A DNA stretch of 64,000 nucleotides from a virus, in the IMG/VR virus record IMGVR_UViG_3300033182_000487, positions 49,149 through 113,148 of that record. The stretch is one strand, 5' to 3'. A program made the position numbers and the translations under genes. This document shows positions 35,926 to 44,794 of this stretch, in pieces. Under the pieces are notes generated by a model, which saw only the letters and a program-made list of their open reading frames with translations, did not search any database and had not been told where the DNA came from. How positions within the stretch are numbered: the stretch's first letter is position 1; each line of letters starts with the position of its first letter.

Positions 35926-37618
35926 GAACGAGGGCCAGCCCGTCGGGAAGGTCCGCAACGGCGACGGGAAGAAGAAGGCGAAGACAGGCAAGCCTCGCAA
36001 GATCACGTCGTCCATGATGCGGGCGAAGACCGCGTCCTTCGGAGCCCTCGGCAACGGTGGGTCCATGGAGGGCATCGGCGGCAACTTCTACTCGCCTGAG
36101 TTGTCCACCGACTTCCTGGAGTTGCCTCAGAGCCTCCACGAGCAGTGGAACTACTACCGCTTCTTCTACCGCACGGAGCCCTTCGTGGGTCAGGCGGTGG
36201 ACCTCCACACGGAACTGCCGATCAGCAAGGTCCGCATCGGCATGGCGAAGGCGAAGAACCGTGATCTCGCCGTGGCTGCGACCCGCTTCTGCGAGCGTTG
36301 GGCGCAGCGCATCAACCTGCTCGACCGCCTCCTGACCATCACCCACGAGCGGAACCTGATCGGGGTGGTGAACATCTGGTGCGAGGACGCCAACGAGGAG
36401 ATGCCTCGTGAGGTCCGCGAGGAGGAGGTCCGCATCCTCAAGGAAGACGGCGAGGCCGTCGAGGAATGGCAACTCCGAGGAGATGCCGACGAGCGCGCCG
36501 TGGCGTGGCTCAAGAAGAACTACAAGGGCTGGACCAGTGTGCGGGTGTTGCCACCCGAGCAGATCAAGATGCAGTCGTTCAACTTCACGGACGAGCGCAT
36601 CTTTGAGTTGATCCCGGACAGCAAGACCAAGGCCATCATCGAGAAGTACCAGCAGGGCGACAAGGACGCGAAGCGCATCGTGGAGTCGATGCCTCCTGCT
36701 GTGGTCAAGGCGGTCGTCGAGGGGTCCAACATCCCGCTCAACACTGACCCCATGGCGGGGTCATACATCTACTGTCTGGTGAACCGGAAGTCCGACTACG
36801 ACCCGGAGGGCCGCTCCATCCTGGGTCGGTGCATGAGGATCCTCGTGTACCGGGACAAACTCCGGCAGGCCCAGACCAGCATCGCCTCCCGGCACATGAC
36901 TCCGATTCGGATCGTCTACGGGGAAGACCTCGACGCGGCTGATGTCGAGGCGTTGCGCGAGCAAGTGGACATGGCCCTGCAAGACCCTGACTACTCCATC
37001 ATCGCGAACTTCCAGATCAACTGGGAGGAGATGGGTGCGGACCAGCGGTTGCTCGACCTCAATGGCGAGTACGACCTGACCGACCGCCAGTTGTACGCGG
37101 GCCTCGGGGTCACCGAGGGGTTGCTCTCGGGTGAGTCCTCCTACAGCGGGGACAGGATCAACCTGGAGGTCATCAACACCCGGTACATGCTCCTGCGCGA
37201 GCAGTTGCAGGACTTCGTCGAGAAGCACCTGTTTGAGCCGATGTGCCGTCGCATGGGTTTCATCGAGGAGGACGAGGACGGAGAGGAGCGCGTCGTCGTG
37301 CCCACGCTGTCGTTCACCCGACTGGCTCTGCGGGACAACCGAGACACCTTCGACGCCCTGTACAACCTGTACCAGAAGGGCTCTCTTGACGTGGACACCA
37401 TCCTGGAGTTGCTCAACCTCGACCCCGTGGCGGTGCGCGAACGCATCGAGCGCGACCTGTTCACGGTCAACGACCCCACGTTCAACGAGGTGCTGCGCGG
37501 CGTCTACGGCGACACGGGCCGGGCGATTGCCGAGAACTCCGACGCTGCCGAGAAGATCGCGAAGGTGCTGGGGCTCAAGTACGAGCCACCGAAGGAGGAA
37601 GGCGGGGGCCGCTTCTGA
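35915..37618 (+). CDS. Portal protein
   Basis: 567 aa after TerL; FFYRTEPFVGQAVDLHTELP, GRSILGR, LYAGLGV..LL portal-like segments. Confidence 0.8.
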   Translation: MSDKNEGQPVGKVRNGDGKKKAKTGKPRKITSSMMRAKTASFGALGNGGSMEGIGGNFYSPELSTDFLELPQSLHEQWNYYRFFYRTEPFVGQAVDLHTELPISKVRIGMAKAKNRDLAVAATRFCERWAQRINLLDRLLTITHERNLIGVVNIWCEDANEEMPREVREEEVRILKEDGEAVEEWQLRGDADERAVAWLKKNYKGWTSVRVLPPEQIKMQSFNFTDERIFELIPDSKTKAIIEKYQQGDKDAKRIVESMPPAVVKAVVEGSNIPLNTDPMAGSYIYCLVNRKSDYDPEGRSILGRCMRILVYRDKLRQAQTSIASRHMTPIRIVYGEDLDAADVEALREQVDMALQDPDYSIIANFQINWEEMGADQRLLDLNGEYDLTDRQLYAGLGVTEGLLSGESSYSGDRINLEVINTRYMLLREQLQDFVEKHLFEPMCRRMGFIEEDEDGEERVVVPTLSFTRLALRDNRDTFDALYNLYQKGSLDVDTILELLNLDPVAVRERIERDLFTVNDPTFNEVLRGVYGDTGRAIAENSDAAEKIAKVLGLKYEPPKEEGGGRF

Positions 37619-37620
37619 TT

Positions 37621-37635
37621 CGGTAGTCCGCCTAT
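37621..37635 (+). promoter_or_regulatory. Class II motif CGGTAG-N5-CTAT
   Basis: Exact consensus, about 28 nt before ATG 37663. Confidence 0.75.
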
Positions 37636-37662
37636 CTCCCCTGACTCCACAAGGAGAGCACC

Positions 37663-38097
37663 ATGTTCAAGGCAAGCACACTTCGCCGCATCCTCGCTTC
37701 CGAGGGCATCCTCAAGACGGCGTATGCCAACACCCTGTCCTACATGGTGCAGTTGGGCAGTGATGCCGCGAACTACAATGCGACGGTGCGGGGGGAGGAC
37801 AACATCCCCAACTACCGCGACACCGCCAAGCAGGTCGAGCGCCTGCTGGAGAACAGCGTCCGCAACATCGACAGCATCACCTTCGATCCCCGTAGAGGGA
37901 CCATGAAGGTGTACTTGACGTTCGACTCTGGGGCCGACGAGGAGAAGTCCTTGTACAAGGCCGAGGCTGATCTGGAGAAAGCCTTCAAGGAGATCGGCGA
38001 GGGGTACGACCACCACCGCTACTTCCTCTACGGAAGCATCGACGGCGACTTCTCCGACTTCAAGATCGAGGACGGGGCCATCGAGGCGTGGGGCTGA
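37663..38097 (+). CDS. Hypothetical protein with LRRILASEGI tag followed by KTA linker
   Basis: AAGGAG RBS; leader shared with 20181..20618. Confidence 0.7.
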   Translation: MFKASTLRRILASEGILKTAYANTLSYMVQLGSDAANYNATVRGEDNIPNYRDTAKQVERLLENSVRNIDSITFDPRRGTMKVYLTFDSGADEEKSLYKAEADLEKAFKEIGEGYDHHRYFLYGSIDGDFSDFKIEDGAIEAWG

Positions 38098-38098
38098 T

Positions 38099-38251
38099 TC
38101 AGAGGTTCTGGGTGTGCGCCCGTGCCTTTGAGTGGGTGAGGTACACCCCAACCCACTCACCAGCACGGTTCCAGACGTGGAACCCGTCGAGCATCAGCCC
38201 GGTCGGTGTGGGCCACGTTCCGATCCAGATCAAGGGTGATGGGTACTGCAT
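38099..38251 (-). CDS. 50-aa hypothetical protein MQYPSPLIWIGTWPTP...
   Basis: Not in the ORF track; AGGAG RBS; fills the gap exactly; weak class II variant (CCCTAC-N5-CTAT) at 38279-38293 on - strand. Confidence 0.5.
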   Translation of the reverse strand: MQYPSPLIWIGTWPTPTGLMLDGFHVWNRAGEWVGVYLTHSKARAHTQNL

Positions 38252-38297
38252 GGTCAACTCCTCTCTGTGACTCTCCGCATAGACACAGTAGGGAGGT

Positions 38298-38312
38298 CGG
38301 TAGTGACGCTAT
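38298..38312 (+). promoter_or_regulatory. Class II motif CGGTAG-N5-CTAT
   Basis: Exact consensus. Confidence 0.75.
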
Positions 38313-38353
38313 ACCCGTGGGGGCTGTAGACACTCACCGGGAGAAATCAGCAC

Positions 38354-39913
38354 ATGGCCCAGCCTCCCTTCCTCGTAGACGAACTCCAGATCGAACCTGG
38401 TAGCGGTGACACCCTCACCCTGTCGCGGGATTCGACCGACGGGGCGATGAAGTTCGTTGACGCTGTGCTCACCTCTGGTGCGCTGCTCCCGAATCTCGTC
38501 GGCCTGCGGAACGTCACCGGGGTCTACATCGTGGGCCGCGCTGGCGACGGTGCTCCCTACACGAGCATCCAGGACGCCCTCGACGCCGTGCCGGACTCGT
38601 CCAGCGCGGCGGCTCCCTCACTGATCATGATCCTGCCGGGGCTCTACACGGAGAACGTGACCATCCAGAAGGACGGCGCGTATCTCGTAGGACTCGGTGG
38701 GGTCACACTCACCAACAGCGGCGCGAGCGACACCGTCGAGATCAGCGCCGCCGTCACCACGACCCCGCAGGACGTCCTGCTCCGAGGACTCAAGATCCAG
38801 AACACCTCGGCGGCCCAGTCCTGCGTGAGGATCATCGGAGCCGACTCGTTCGCTTCGGGAACCGTCACAGTGAACGCTGCGCCACTGGCTACCGGGGACA
38901 CCATCACCATCAACGGCATCGCGCTCACCGGAACTGCTGGGGTCAGGACGTCCGGGAGCAACGATTTCTCGGTCAGCAGCGGCACCACGGACGGCATCGC
39001 CGCTGAGATCGTCGCAGCCATCAACGACACGGCCAACTCGTTTGCCACGCTCGTCGAGGCATCCGCTCTGCTCAACGTGGTCACCTTCACGGCTGTCACC
39101 GCAGGGTCCGGCGGCAACGCCATCACCCTCGCTGTGAGCACCACGCCTCCGGGCAACATGACCCCATCAGGAGCCAACCTCGCTGGAGGCGGCTCTGCGG
39201 GCTCCCTCGTGGGCAACGGGGTCATCACCATCGAGGACTGTGAACTGCTGGCAGCGGGCGCTGCGGGCTACCAGGTCCGAGCCGACACCTCGGGCCACAT
39301 CCGGGTCCGTGGCGGCACCTGGCGCGGCAGCGACAACGCCAGCCTCTCGACCGCTTCCAACTGCGCCCTCTTTTCGGTGGCCGACGTCGAGTGGGCCAAC
39401 GACTTTGAGGTCGCCTACGACACCACGGCAGACCGCCCCGCCGACACCACCTGCGAGTACGAACTCCTGAGCGTGGGTCGGATCAACGGCGTCCTGTCCA
39501 ACCTCTCGGGTGCAGGATCACTCGCCCTCAAGAACTGCCCTGAGACGGCAAGCGTGAGCCAGGACGGGGACCAGACCCTCAATGCCTACCTCTCCACGTT
39601 GGGCGCATTGACCCTCAACGGCACGACTGTGGCCACCCTCTACGGCAGCACACGGACCACCGCGACTCAGGCTGGTGGCAGTCCCACGCTGGCCGAGCCT
39701 CACGTTCGGGGTGAGAGGGCCTTTGCGGCGTCCGCGTCCGAGACCATCACCTTCGACATCCCCGCCCCGGACACCAACTACACGGTGCTGGTGGAGAACC
39801 CGTCACCGACAAGCACTCTGGCGATTCGGAACAAGACAGCCACGGAGTTCCGCATCGAGGCCACCCCGGCCCTCACGGACACCGTTGGCTACTCTATCGT
39901 CCGCAGCCTGTAG
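38354..39913 (+). CDS. Virion fibre/spike-like protein with beta-helix-type start
   Basis: YTSIQDALDA...IMILPGLYTENVTI; S/T/G/A-rich. Confidence 0.6.
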   Translation: MAQPPFLVDELQIEPGSGDTLTLSRDSTDGAMKFVDAVLTSGALLPNLVGLRNVTGVYIVGRAGDGAPYTSIQDALDAVPDSSSAAAPSLIMILPGLYTENVTIQKDGAYLVGLGGVTLTNSGASDTVEISAAVTTTPQDVLLRGLKIQNTSAAQSCVRIIGADSFASGTVTVNAAPLATGDTITINGIALTGTAGVRTSGSNDFSVSSGTTDGIAAEIVAAINDTANSFATLVEASALLNVVTFTAVTAGSGGNAITLAVSTTPPGNMTPSGANLAGGGSAGSLVGNGVITIEDCELLAAGAAGYQVRADTSGHIRVRGGTWRGSDNASLSTASNCALFSVADVEWANDFEVAYDTTADRPADTTCEYELLSVGRINGVLSNLSGAGSLALKNCPETASVSQDGDQTLNAYLSTLGALTLNGTTVATLYGSTRTTATQAGGSPTLAEPHVRGERAFAASASETITFDIPAPDTNYTVLVENPSPTSTLAIRNKTATEFRIEATPALTDTVGYSIVRSL

Positions 39914-39921
39914 GAGATCAC

Positions 39922-41160
39922 ATGAGCAACCACGACGACTTCTGGACCAGCCTGGCTGCGGGCCACACCAACACGGTGCTGGCTGGCGCGATGGACTCCC
40001 ACCTGTCGGGCAAGAGCATCGACGAGTCGTTCGGCTCCGTTCGCACCCTGACCGACGTTCACCGACAGGCCAACGCGCTCTCCCTCCCCGTCGAGGCGGG
40101 CACGAAGGTCGTGTTCGCTGGCGGCCTGGGCGCGCACATGTCCTACGACGACGTGCCTGCTGATGGGATCACGGGCGAGGTCGTCACGGTCAAGTCCGCC
40201 ACGGGGAGCATCACCCACCACGACGGCAAGGTCTTCGTGAAGTGGGCCGACGGCAAGTTCCGTCCCATCCACGCCGAGCACCTGCGACTGGCTGGGCACG
40301 GCAAGCAGGCTTCCGGCAACACCCTCAAGGTTCTCCGTGACGGTCGCGAATACTGGATTGAGAGAGGTGGTCACCACCGTACATGGGATGATCGGTTCAA
40401 GGGCCCCTTTACCGCTGCTGATGTCGTCGGAGAAGTGGAGAAGCGCCTCAAGAAGGATCCTGATGTGGTCGTCATGGGGCGCAATCACTCTCTTGGTCGG
40501 AGCGGTGCGGCAGACGCATACAGTACGGCACCCTTCGTCATCCTTGACCGCAGGGGTGATGTGGTCGATGAAGGCTACACCCTTGAAGGTCTTTGGAATA
40601 AGTGGTTCGACCGCTTCCTCGGTTGGAGGATGGCTTCCTCGATTCAGGCATCCGACGTCAAGGCGACGTTTGAGAAGATCAAGGCCCTGGCCGAGAAGAA
40701 GCCGAAGAACAAGTTCCTCAAGGACTTGCTCAAGCAGATGGCCGACGAGGGCTTCACTCCCACCGAGAAGCAGATGAAGGTGGTGAAGGAGATCGAGGGC
40801 GAGATCGAGCAGCAGTCCGAGATGAAGAAGGAGTTGAAGGGCCTCGACAAGGACGCCGCGTTCGACCCGAGCATCATCGGCGAGAAGAAGGGTGGCCCGG
40901 TCGAGCATGACCCCGAAGACAAGAACATCATGAGGCACTTCGGTCAGGGCGACCTCCACGGCATGGCCGAGATGGTCAAGGGCAAGACGGCAACCTTCCG
41001 GGTCGCCAGCCTCGGCGACCTCACCCAGTTCCTCAAGGTCGCGGACGGCACACTGGTCCACAAGAGCACCAAGGATCTCTGGTCCTTCAACAAGGACGCC
41101 GACGGCAACTTCCTCGTCTCTCGGCTGTTCGACGACGAGGGCGAGCCCTTGAAGGTGTGA
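39922..41160 (+). CDS. Multi-module hypothetical protein
   Basis: Domains separated by KQA, RMA, KTA, RVA linkers. Confidence 0.65.
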   Translation: MSNHDDFWTSLAAGHTNTVLAGAMDSHLSGKSIDESFGSVRTLTDVHRQANALSLPVEAGTKVVFAGGLGAHMSYDDVPADGITGEVVTVKSATGSITHHDGKVFVKWADGKFRPIHAEHLRLAGHGKQASGNTLKVLRDGREYWIERGGHHRTWDDRFKGPFTAADVVGEVEKRLKKDPDVVVMGRNHSLGRSGAADAYSTAPFVILDRRGDVVDEGYTLEGLWNKWFDRFLGWRMASSIQASDVKATFEKIKALAEKKPKNKFLKDLLKQMADEGFTPTEKQMKVVKEIEGEIEQQSEMKKELKGLDKDAAFDPSIIGEKKGGPVEHDPEDKNIMRHFGQGDLHGMAEMVKGKTATFRVASLGDLTQFLKVADGTLVHKSTKDLWSFNKDADGNFLVSRLFDDEGEPLKV

Positions 41161-42614
41161 CCTTGTCTGCTGTGTCCCTATCGAGGACCGCTTCACGCTT
41201 CTCCGACCAGTACGAGTCTGCGGGGACGCTGGGTGGCGTGGACCCATCCCTTGCGAAGGAGATGGCTCAGTCCGGGTTGCTGGACGGCGACTCGGAGGAC
41301 GACAAGATCCCCACGTCGTCGAAGCCCATCAAGTCCGTCCAGTTGAACCCATCGCAGACGACCCTCGTGCTGAAAGACGTGGTGGGCATCGCTCTGGAGA
41401 TGCTGCTCAAGCGGCAGGGCCTCGGGGAAGACCTGGGAGCCCTGGTGTCCTCCGACCGCTACATCATGGACGGGCACCACCGCTGGGCCGGGAGCATCCT
41501 CGCTCATGGCCCACGAGCCTCAGTGAAGGTGTGGCTGTCCTCCCTGCCGGGGAAGGAACTCGTCCGGGTGTTGAACATCGTGAGCAAGGGGGCCTATGGG
41601 GTCACCTCCGGGAACACAGGCACCGGGTCCATCAACGACTTGACCCCAGCCAACGTCCGCCGCCAGTTGGAGACGTTCCTCCGCGAGGGGCGGCAGCACA
41701 AGCATTTCTCACCCTCAGCCGAGCAGGTGGCGAAGATCCTGGAGACCAACTTCGGGTCGGTGGAGAACGGGGTCAACGTGCTCGCCGAGCGGGCGAAGTT
41801 GATCCCGAAGGCGGTCCCCTCCTGGGCCCCTGTCCGGGACCAGATGCCGGTCATCCGCCGGAAGAAGGTCCAGGACGCAGCGAAGTTGCTCACTCAGGGG
41901 GTGGTGGACTGGGCCCCGCCCTACTCCGACTCCGAGCGCAGGGCTTCATTCGGTAGTGCGTCTATGGCCCCCCTCCCCGTAGGAGAGACATCCATGCGTC
42001 CTGATCCCACCCGCGTTGCAGCCCGATACGCTTCGCAGTCGAAGACTGCTGGCATGGTCCGTACTGCGGGCGAGGTCCGCTTCATCAAGGACCGCAGCGG
42101 TGACGCTGGCGAGTGGGCTTTCGGCCCTCCCGGTCCCAGCGAGCGTGACATCCAGCAGGACTTCGTGTTCAACGCGAAGCACCTCAAGCCACTGGCCCAG
42201 ACCCTCCGGTCTGCGCTGATGGCCCTCGGTCACGTCACCAGCGCCTACAACAAGTTCGTCAAGATCAAGAGCCGCAACGTGTCCCCCGACGGGTCGCTGG
42301 GCGGCAAGGGGTACATTCAGAAGATCCCCGACATGCGACGGCAACTGATGAACTGCGTGGAAGCACTCTCCGCTCTGACCGACACCATCTACGACGAGAT
42401 GACTGCACCTCACTGGAACCCCACCGAGGACACCCTCGACCCCCGCGACCGTGAGGAGGTCAAGGAGATCATCGAGGACGCCGAGGAGATCAAGGACGAT
42501 CCCGAGGCGTGGGCGTCCGGTCAGGAAGAAGAACTCGACGCGGAAAACGAGGAGGCGATGGGCAAGACCGCTCGCCGTGTGATGCTTCGGTACGCGAACA
42601 GGAGGCTCGCATGA
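41157..42614 (+). CDS. ParB/Srx-like domain fused in frame to a second protein with its own start at 41994
   Basis: LNPSQ...VSSDRYIMDGHHRWA; internal class II motif + AGGAG + ATG. Confidence 0.7.
   Translation: MTLSAVSLSRTASRFSDQYESAGTLGGVDPSLAKEMAQSGLLDGDSEDDKIPTSSKPIKSVQLNPSQTTLVLKDVVGIALEMLLKRQGLGEDLGALVSSDRYIMDGHHRWAGSILAHGPRASVKVWLSSLPGKELVRVLNIVSKGAYGVTSGNTGTGSINDLTPANVRRQLETFLREGRQHKHFSPSAEQVAKILETNFGSVENGVNVLAERAKLIPKAVPSWAPVRDQMPVIRRKKVQDAAKLLTQGVVDWAPPYSDSERRASFGSASMAPLPVGETSMRPDPTRVAARYASQSKTAGMVRTAGEVRFIKDRSGDAGEWAFGPPGPSERDIQQDFVFNAKHLKPLAQTLRSALMALGHVTSAYNKFVKIKSRNVSPDGSLGGKGYIQKIPDMRRQLMNCVEALSALTDTIYDEMTAPHWNPTEDTLDPRDREEVKEIIEDAEEIKDDPEAWASGQEEELDAENEEAMGKTARRVMLRYANRRLA
41951..41965 (+). 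promoter_or_regulatory. Class II motif CGGTAG-N5-CTAT inside a coding frame
   Basis: Exact consensus, about 29 nt before in-frame ATG 41994. Confidence 0.7.
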
Positions 42615-44785
42615 GCAACGACAAGACCGCAGAACTCGACATCCTCGCGGAAGCCTTCCTGCCCTCCGACCTTCTGACCCCATCCCTGGGGTCCAACTAC
42701 GGTCTCGATGGCTACCCCGACATGGAGTACAACATGGGTGTGCTCGATGCGGTGGTGAACCCCGACTACCACGAGTCTCCCGCTCTCCCGACAGGCGTCC
42801 GTATGACGGCTGCTGCGGAGATGGATGTGCAGGACATCCTGGACGGGCAGCCCCTCGCCGATCTGGACTGGCTTGATCCCAGCCAGATGCAGGACGAGGA
42901 GCGCCTCCCCGAAAACCCTGTAGACCTCGGAATCCCAGAACTCATTGAGGCATGGGGTGTGAACCGCCGCACCGACGGCACGCATCTCACCGCGCACCAG
43001 CGCGATCTCACCCGCGCTCGCTACGAGCAGTCCCTGGAGGACACGGGTGGTCGCAAGCGCGTCAACGCTCGCACCATGGAAAAGGTGATCACACACGCCA
43101 TGCGCCGGTCCATCGAAGGGCAGCACATCGACCGTGTAGTGCGCGAAGCCGCCGAGAGCCTGGGAACCGAGTTCAAGCGCATCGTCCCGCACCTCCGTGC
43201 CGTCAAGGCGGATCACGGACTCGCGGGCAACGTGTTCATCCGTGCCGCCGCCTACCCCGGATGGGGTGCTGGCAAGGGCAAGGATCACGCGAAGAAGTAC
43301 GCGAAGCAGGCCCGCTACATCATCGTCTCCGAGCGAGACATGGAGCAGGCCACCTGGATTCAGAACGGTCGCTGTGCCTACACGGGCAAGGTGGCTGTGA
43401 CCCAGGTGCCGTGGGAGCGGGCCCTCGCCTACTATGCGCCTCGGCTGGAAGCCACAGGCCGGAAGGTTGCATCGGGTGATCCGAAAGCAGCACTCCGGGC
43501 AGCCTTCCTGACCAACCAGACCCAGCGTGTTGCCCACGGTGAGAACCTCCCCGTCTACAAGGCGGCGGGGGACGACATCACCGCTGCGGAAGCACGCCTC
43601 GCCGTGGATCAGGCCGACACCACCCGTAAGGTGGTCGAGGTCACGGAAGCCCACCTCCGGCAGCGTCTCGCTGCGTGGCGGAAGGCTCACATGCTCGACG
43701 ATATGCAGGTGCGATCCATCATCGACAGTACGGCCTCACCCAATGACAAGTTGGCCGCAGCAGTCGAGATGGTCACCGCCACCCGACGTGGCTCCTTCAC
43801 AGGGGCTGCGAACCGTGGGGAGGATGCGGCGCAGGAGCGCCACGAACGCACCCTCGCCGCGAAGCGGGAACGTCGCCAGGCCCACAGCGAGCGGTTGGCT
43901 GCTCTCTCCGAGCAGCGCCGACAGGAAGACATCAAGGCCCGCGTGGCTACCGTGCTCAAGCACATCGAGCGTGGGGCCCGTGGCTCCTACCTGCGGAAGA
44001 TCATCGCGAAGACGATCCCGCAGGAGTACGCCAGTGCAGCCACCCCGATGCTGCTGCCGACCCTCAAGAAAACGGGGGCTCTGCGAGACTCCGTGGCGAA
44101 GGTCGCGTCCTACGACGGCCCTGTCTTTGAGGTCGCCCAGCCGGAACGGACCTCGGTGACGCTCACCGCGCACGAGACGGCTCTGGCGAAGGCTGCATCG
44201 GCTGGGGGCACCAGCGTTCCGGTCATCCGTGGCACCCTCCAGAAGATCCGGCAGGCTATGTCCGAGGGCATGGCGGGCAAGGATCTCAGCGGGTTCATCG
44301 GGCTCCGCTTCACCGAGCGGGTGCTGACCGCCTCCACCGACCTGATCGCAGAAATCCGAGGCCGCCACGAAGGCGCGTCCGGTCACCTGTACGTCGATGC
44401 CGAAGCCTACGCTTCGCCTACGGGATCAGCGGGCTGCGAGAAGGCCGCGTCGAAGCACCGCGCCAACCAGATTCCCTCCGTGGCTGCCATGGACCGCTGC
44501 GCGTCCTGCACACTGGTCCGCACCCTGGAGGACGGCACCCGCAAGTGCGGTGCCTACAACAAGACCCTCCTGGATGACATCACCGGGGATGACATCGACA
44601 GGATCAAGGCGGCCAACATCAAGGGCGCTGACATGAACGACGCCGAGGTCACCGCCTCACTGTTCGCTCCTACCTATGATCCCTCCGAGTTCAACCTGCA
44701 CAACGCGAACCTGGAAGGCATCGAGACCGCCCTCCCCGAGACCGAGAAGTTGTCGGAGATCTTCTTTGGTGGCTGGGATCTGTAG
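42611..44785 (+). CDS. Large hypothetical (probable head-associated) protein
   Basis: AGGAGG RBS, ATGA overlap; C-terminal CASC...C motif. Confidence 0.7.
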   Translation: MSNDKTAELDILAEAFLPSDLLTPSLGSNYGLDGYPDMEYNMGVLDAVVNPDYHESPALPTGVRMTAAAEMDVQDILDGQPLADLDWLDPSQMQDEERLPENPVDLGIPELIEAWGVNRRTDGTHLTAHQRDLTRARYEQSLEDTGGRKRVNARTMEKVITHAMRRSIEGQHIDRVVREAAESLGTEFKRIVPHLRAVKADHGLAGNVFIRAAAYPGWGAGKGKDHAKKYAKQARYIIVSERDMEQATWIQNGRCAYTGKVAVTQVPWERALAYYAPRLEATGRKVASGDPKAALRAAFLTNQTQRVAHGENLPVYKAAGDDITAAEARLAVDQADTTRKVVEVTEAHLRQRLAAWRKAHMLDDMQVRSIIDSTASPNDKLAAAVEMVTATRRGSFTGAANRGEDAAQERHERTLAAKRERRQAHSERLAALSEQRRQEDIKARVATVLKHIERGARGSYLRKIIAKTIPQEYASAATPMLLPTLKKTGALRDSVAKVASYDGPVFEVAQPERTSVTLTAHETALAKAASAGGTSVPVIRGTLQKIRQAMSEGMAGKDLSGFIGLRFTERVLTASTDLIAEIRGRHEGASGHLYVDAEAYASPTGSAGCEKAASKHRANQIPSVAAMDRCASCTLVRTLEDGTRKCGAYNKTLLDDITGDDIDRIKAANIKGADMNDAEVTASLFAPTYDPSEFNLHNANLEGIETALPETEKLSEIFFGGWDL

Positions 44786-44794
44786 GAGGATGCG

